Of a stretch of DNA of 58,619 bases, positions 55,269-58,619 are shown one piece after another. The notes below the pieces were generated by a model. It saw only the letters and a list, made by a program, of their open reading frames with translations. It was not told where the DNA came from and searched no databases. Within the stretch, counting starts at the first letter, position 1, and each line of letters opens with the position of its first letter. Both the position numbers and the translations under genes were made by a program. This DNA is from Candidatus Deferrimicrobium sp. (GTDB taxonomy: Bacteria; Desulfobacterota; Deferrimicrobia; Deferrimicrobiales; Deferrimicrobiaceae), in NCBI RefSeq assembly GCF_036396855.1, contig NZ_DASWKA010000066.1, forward strand, positions 1 through 58,619, in the 5' to 3' direction.

Positions 55269-55363
55269 ATCCCCCGGAAATCTTTAACACCCCGACGAAT
55301 TGACTTGGCCCCACACCTGATGTCTCATGGGAGACACGACTTCCCTCCACCGACGAGGTACCC

Positions 55364-57928
55364 ATGCGAATACGTCATTTCCACGTCCGACCGAACATCC
55401 CGAAGGAACTCGCTCCGCTCGAGGAGATCGCCCGGAACCTCTGGTTCTCGTGGAGCTGGGAGGCGGTGCAGCTCTTCATCCGGCTGAACCCGGTTCTCTG
55501 GGAACAGGCGTACCAGAATCCGGTGCATATGCTCGGATCGTTGCCGCAGGCGGACCTCGAAGCCGCCGCGAAGGACGAGAGCTTCGTAGCGAACGTCGAG
55601 CGGGTGTCCCGGTTGTTCCAGGAGTACCGGAAGAGGGCGTCGTGGTTCCAGGAGGTCCACTTCGCGGACGCCGGCGCCCGGGTGGCCTATTTCTCCTGCG
55701 AGTACGGGATCGACGAGGGGCTCCCGATCTACTCGGGGGGGCTGGGAGTTCTCTCGGGCGACCACCTGAAGTCGGCTTCCGACCTCGGAATCCCGCTTGT
55801 CGGCGTCGGGCTCCTGTACCAGAAGGGATATTTCCGCCAGGTGCTGTCGCTGGACGGGTGGCAAAAGGAGCTGTACCCGGACAACGACTGGTACAACATG
55901 CCGGTGGCGATGGAGCGGACGCCGGACGGCCTCCCCCTGGAGATCACGGTGGACGTCGGCGGCGAGGAGGTGAAGGCGCGCGTCTGGCGTGTGGACGTCG
56001 GCCGCACCCCCCTGTACCTGCTTGACTGCAACATCAAGGCGAATTCCGGGCGCTCCCGGGAGATCACCTCGACCCTCTACGGAGGGGACCGGGACATGCG
56101 CATCCGGCAGGAGATCCTGCTCGGCGTCGGCGGTGTTCGGGCGTTGAAGGCGCTCGGAATCCAGGCGACCGTGTACCACATGAACGAGGGGCACTCCGCC
56201 TTCCTCATCGTCGAACGGATCCATGGCTTGATGGCGTCGCACGGCCTCACCTTCGCGCAGGCGCGGGAAGTGGTGCTCGCCACCGGCGTCTTCACCACCC
56301 ACACCCCTGTCCCCGCGGGGAACGAACGGTTCGATCCGGACCTGCTGCGGAAATACCTCGATCCGATGATCCGGTCGCTCGGGATACCGTGGGAGGAGTT
56401 CCTCGCCCTCGGCCAGTCGGGCACTCCACGGTCGAAGGAGTTCGGGATGACGGTGTTCGCCCTCCGGTCGTCGGCGTTCGCGAACGGCGTGGCGAGGCTC
56501 CACGCCGAGACCTCCCGGGCGATGTGGAAGGATCTGTGGCCGGCGCTCCCCGAAGGGGAGGTGCCGATCCGCGCGATCACCAACGGGATCCACACCCGCT
56601 CCTGGCTCAGCCACGAGATGATCGAGCTGTACACGCGGTACTTCGGTCCGCGGTTCCTGGAGAAGCCCGCGGACCACGCGGTATGGGAGCGGGTGGAGGC
56701 GATCCCCGCCGTGGAACTCTGGCGGATCCACCAGTCCCGCAGGGAGCGGCTCGTCTTCTTCGCCCGAAAGCGTCTGAAAAACCAGCTGCGGCGCCAGGGC
56801 GCCGGGATGGCGCTCCAGCGGGCGGCGGAGGAGGCGCTGAACCCCGAGGCGCTGACGATCGGCTTCTCCCGGAGATTCGCCACCTACAAGCGGGCCAACC
56901 TGCTCTTCCGGCAGCCCGATCGGCTGATCCGGCTCCTCACGAACCCGGACCGGCCGGTGCAGATTCTCTTCGCCGGAAAGGCGCACCCGCAGGATCTCCC
57001 GGCGAAGGAGATCATCCGGTCGGTCATCCATTTCGCGTCCGACCCGCGGGTTCGCGACCGGCTGGTCTTCCTCGAGGATTACGACATCAACGTGGCGAGG
57101 TATCTGGTGCAGGGGGTCGACGTGTGGCTGAACAACCCGCGGCGCCCCCTGGAGGCGTCGGGGACGAGCGGGATGAAGGCGGCGGCCAATGGCGCGCTGA
57201 ACGTGTCGATCCTCGACGGGTGGTGGGACGAGGGGTACTCCCCCGAACTCGGGTGGGCGATCGGGAGCGGGGAGATGTACGGCGACCCGGAGGAGCAGGA
57301 CCGGGTGGAGTGCGAGGCCCTCTACAGCCTCCTCGAGAACGAGATCGTCCCCCTGTTCCACGATCGGGACCGCGGGGGGCTGCCGCGCGCCTGGATCGCG
57401 ATGATGAAGGCGTCGATCCGGAAGCTGGGCGCGTACTTCAACACCCACCGGATGATCCAGGAGTACACGGAGACGTCGTACCTTCCCGCCCATCGTGCGG
57501 GTTCGCGGCTCACCGGGAACGATTTTTCCGCCGCCCGGGAGTTGACCGAGTGGCGGGAGCGCACTGCGTCGGCGTGGCCGGGAGTCACGATCCGGGTGGA
57601 GGAGTCGCTGAAGCACACGGAGATGCGCGTTGGGGACACGGTGGGAGTCGCCGTCCGCGTCCGCCTGGGGGGCCTCACTCCCGCCGAGGTTGCCGTCGAG
57701 ATCCGATACGGCTTCTACGACGCCGCCGGGCAGGTGGGCATGGGGACGATCCTGCCGGCGCGGCACGACGGGCGCGACGGGGACGAGGAGATCTACCGGG
57801 CGGAGATCCCGTGCGCGGGCAGCGGCCGGTACGGGTTCGCGGCGCGGATCCTTCCGCGGCACCCGGACCTCGCGAACGCCCTCACCCCCCTGCGGATGAC
57901 GTGGGAGGATGCGGTTCCCGGCGTGTGA
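55364..57928 (+). CDS. glgP: Alpha-glucan (glycogen/maltodextrin) phosphorylase, GT35, alpha-glucan family
   Basis: 854 aa. YFSCEYG...PIYSGGLGVLSGDHLKSASD, the PLP-lysine region EASGTSGMKAA, and a DUF3417-type N-terminus. Confidence 0.9.
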   Translation: MRIRHFHVRPNIPKELAPLEEIARNLWFSWSWEAVQLFIRLNPVLWEQAYQNPVHMLGSLPQADLEAAAKDESFVANVERVSRLFQEYRKRASWFQEVHFADAGARVAYFSCEYGIDEGLPIYSGGLGVLSGDHLKSASDLGIPLVGVGLLYQKGYFRQVLSLDGWQKELYPDNDWYNMPVAMERTPDGLPLEITVDVGGEEVKARVWRVDVGRTPLYLLDCNIKANSGRSREITSTLYGGDRDMRIRQEILLGVGGVRALKALGIQATVYHMNEGHSAFLIVERIHGLMASHGLTFAQAREVVLATGVFTTHTPVPAGNERFDPDLLRKYLDPMIRSLGIPWEEFLALGQSGTPRSKEFGMTVFALRSSAFANGVARLHAETSRAMWKDLWPALPEGEVPIRAITNGIHTRSWLSHEMIELYTRYFGPRFLEKPADHAVWERVEAIPAVELWRIHQSRRERLVFFARKRLKNQLRRQGAGMALQRAAEEALNPEALTIGFSRRFATYKRANLLFRQPDRLIRLLTNPDRPVQILFAGKAHPQDLPAKEIIRSVIHFASDPRVRDRLVFLEDYDINVARYLVQGVDVWLNNPRRPLEASGTSGMKAAANGALNVSILDGWWDEGYSPELGWAIGSGEMYGDPEEQDRVECEALYSLLENEIVPLFHDRDRGGLPRAWIAMMKASIRKLGAYFNTHRMIQEYTETSYLPAHRAGSRLTGNDFSAARELTEWRERTASAWPGVTIRVEESLKHTEMRVGDTVGVAVRVRLGGLTPAEVAVEIRYGFYDAAGQVGMGTILPARHDGRDGDEEIYRAEIPCAGSGRYGFAARILPRHPDLANALTPLRMTWEDAVPGV

Positions 57929-58619
57929 GCGCCGGTCCGCGGCGGTACGCTTCGGCGCATCGCGACGGCGACCACCCGAGGAGGTAGCCGGTCCGGATGC
58001 GCCACATGAAAAGAACGGTCCGGAGGGGCCCCCATGCTTCCCAGCGGCGTCCCGATGTTTCCACGCGCAACGGCAGCAGGACCGTCTTTCCCGCCCGACG
58101 TATCCGCCGCGACAGCTCGACGTCCTCCATCAGCGGGATCTCCGGGTAGCCGCCGACGGCGCGGAACGCCTCCGCCCGCGCGAAGATCGCCTGGTCGCCC
58201 GTGAACGCCCGCCCGACGCACGCCCGCGCCCCGATCATCCGCCCCGTGACCCCGAGCGCCGCACGGACGTACCGGCCCGCGCCCGCGGACGCGGTCAGCC
58301 GGACGCGGAAGGCGCCCCCGATCACCCCCGGTCTTTGCAGCGCGCCGAGCACGGCGGGCACGGATCCCCGGGGCAGGTGGGTGTCCGCGTGAAGGAAGAG
58401 GAGGACCTCCCCGCAGGCGATGGCCGCGCCCGCGTTCATCTGCGACGCCCTCCCCCGCGGCGCGGCGATCACGGTATCCGCCTTGCCCCGCGCGATCTCC
58501 ACCGTGCGGTCCCGGCTGCCCCCGTCGACGACAACGATCTCGCACGGCCCCGCCTCCCGGCACGACCGGATCGCCCGGGTGATCGACTCCTCCTCGTCCA
58601 GCGTGGGGATGATGATGGA
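57882..58619 (-). CDS. Family-2 glycosyltransferase (5' end outside window)
   Basis: The frame is open to the window edge: SIIIPTLDEEESI...VVVDGGSRDRT...LLFLHADT (DxD-like). The 3' end overlaps the glgP 3' end by 47 nt. Confidence 0.75.
   Translation of the reverse strand, partial: SIIIPTLDEEESITRAIRSCREAGPCEIVVVDGGSRDRTVEIARGKADTVIAAPRGRASQMNAGAAIACGEVLLFLHADTHLPRGSVPAVLGALQRPGVIGGAFRVRLTASAGAGRYVRAALGVTGRMIGARACVGRAFTGDQAIFARAEAFRAVGGYPEIPLMEDVELSRRIRRAGKTVLLPLRVETSGRRWEAWGPLRTVLFMWRIRTGYLLGWSPSRCAEAYRRGPALTRREPHPPTSSAGG

Overview
High-GC (by eye roughly two-thirds G+C) bacterial chromosomal segment, densely coding on both strands. The gene content has a Geobacter/Desulfuromonas-like (deltaproteobacterial-type) flavour, but that is an impression and not a search result. 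I support about 60 protein genes and 3 tRNAs. Left to right: hppA 3' end; ppiD plus a secreted SNase-type nuclease; the mreB-mreC-mreD-mrdA-rodA rod-shape operon with 4-nt start/stop overlaps; thioredoxin genes and a CoA-binding protein; gmhA coupled to a deoxyhypusine-synthase-like gene; a GHMP kinase plus a FAD protein; a CBS/ACT protein, deacetylase and nitroreductase; a coiled-coil lipoprotein divergent from a GspE/PilB-like protein whose ATPase motifs are degenerate; fadD followed by three uncharacterised envelope-type genes; an Fe-S block (nfu, ferredoxin, tlpA, nifS, iscU) interleaved with three ferritin/rubrerythrin-like proteins; cysS; an O-methyltransferase; tandem USP plus terC; two ABC exporters; purC; a two-subunit pyruvate carboxylase; a NUDIX hydrolase; metW; a hybrid histidine kinase; glgP; and a GT2 glycosyltransferase. 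All three tRNA genes carry signs of past integration. tRNA-Val(CAC) bounds a ~4.35-kb decayed island with 13-bp direct repeats and fragments of serine recombinase, RAYT and IS91 genes, and the island carries a di-haem peroxidase. tRNA-Sec has a perfect 21-bp duplication of its 3' end 145 bp downstream. tRNA-Ala(GGC) is followed by a small vapBC islet. Two short REP-like repeat families are also present. I did not find a clear-cut novel multi-gene system such as a defence island or a CRISPR array. The most interesting items are the pseudo-ATPase GspE homologue, the half-ferritin proteins around nifS-iscU, the fadD-linked LysM trio and the tRNA-associated scars. Most long ORFs in the supplied track are alternate-frame or antisense artefacts of high GC. 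Hand-derived coordinates for RNA genes, repeats and revised starts may be off by 1-2 nt. No GC statistics, folding or database searches were run.
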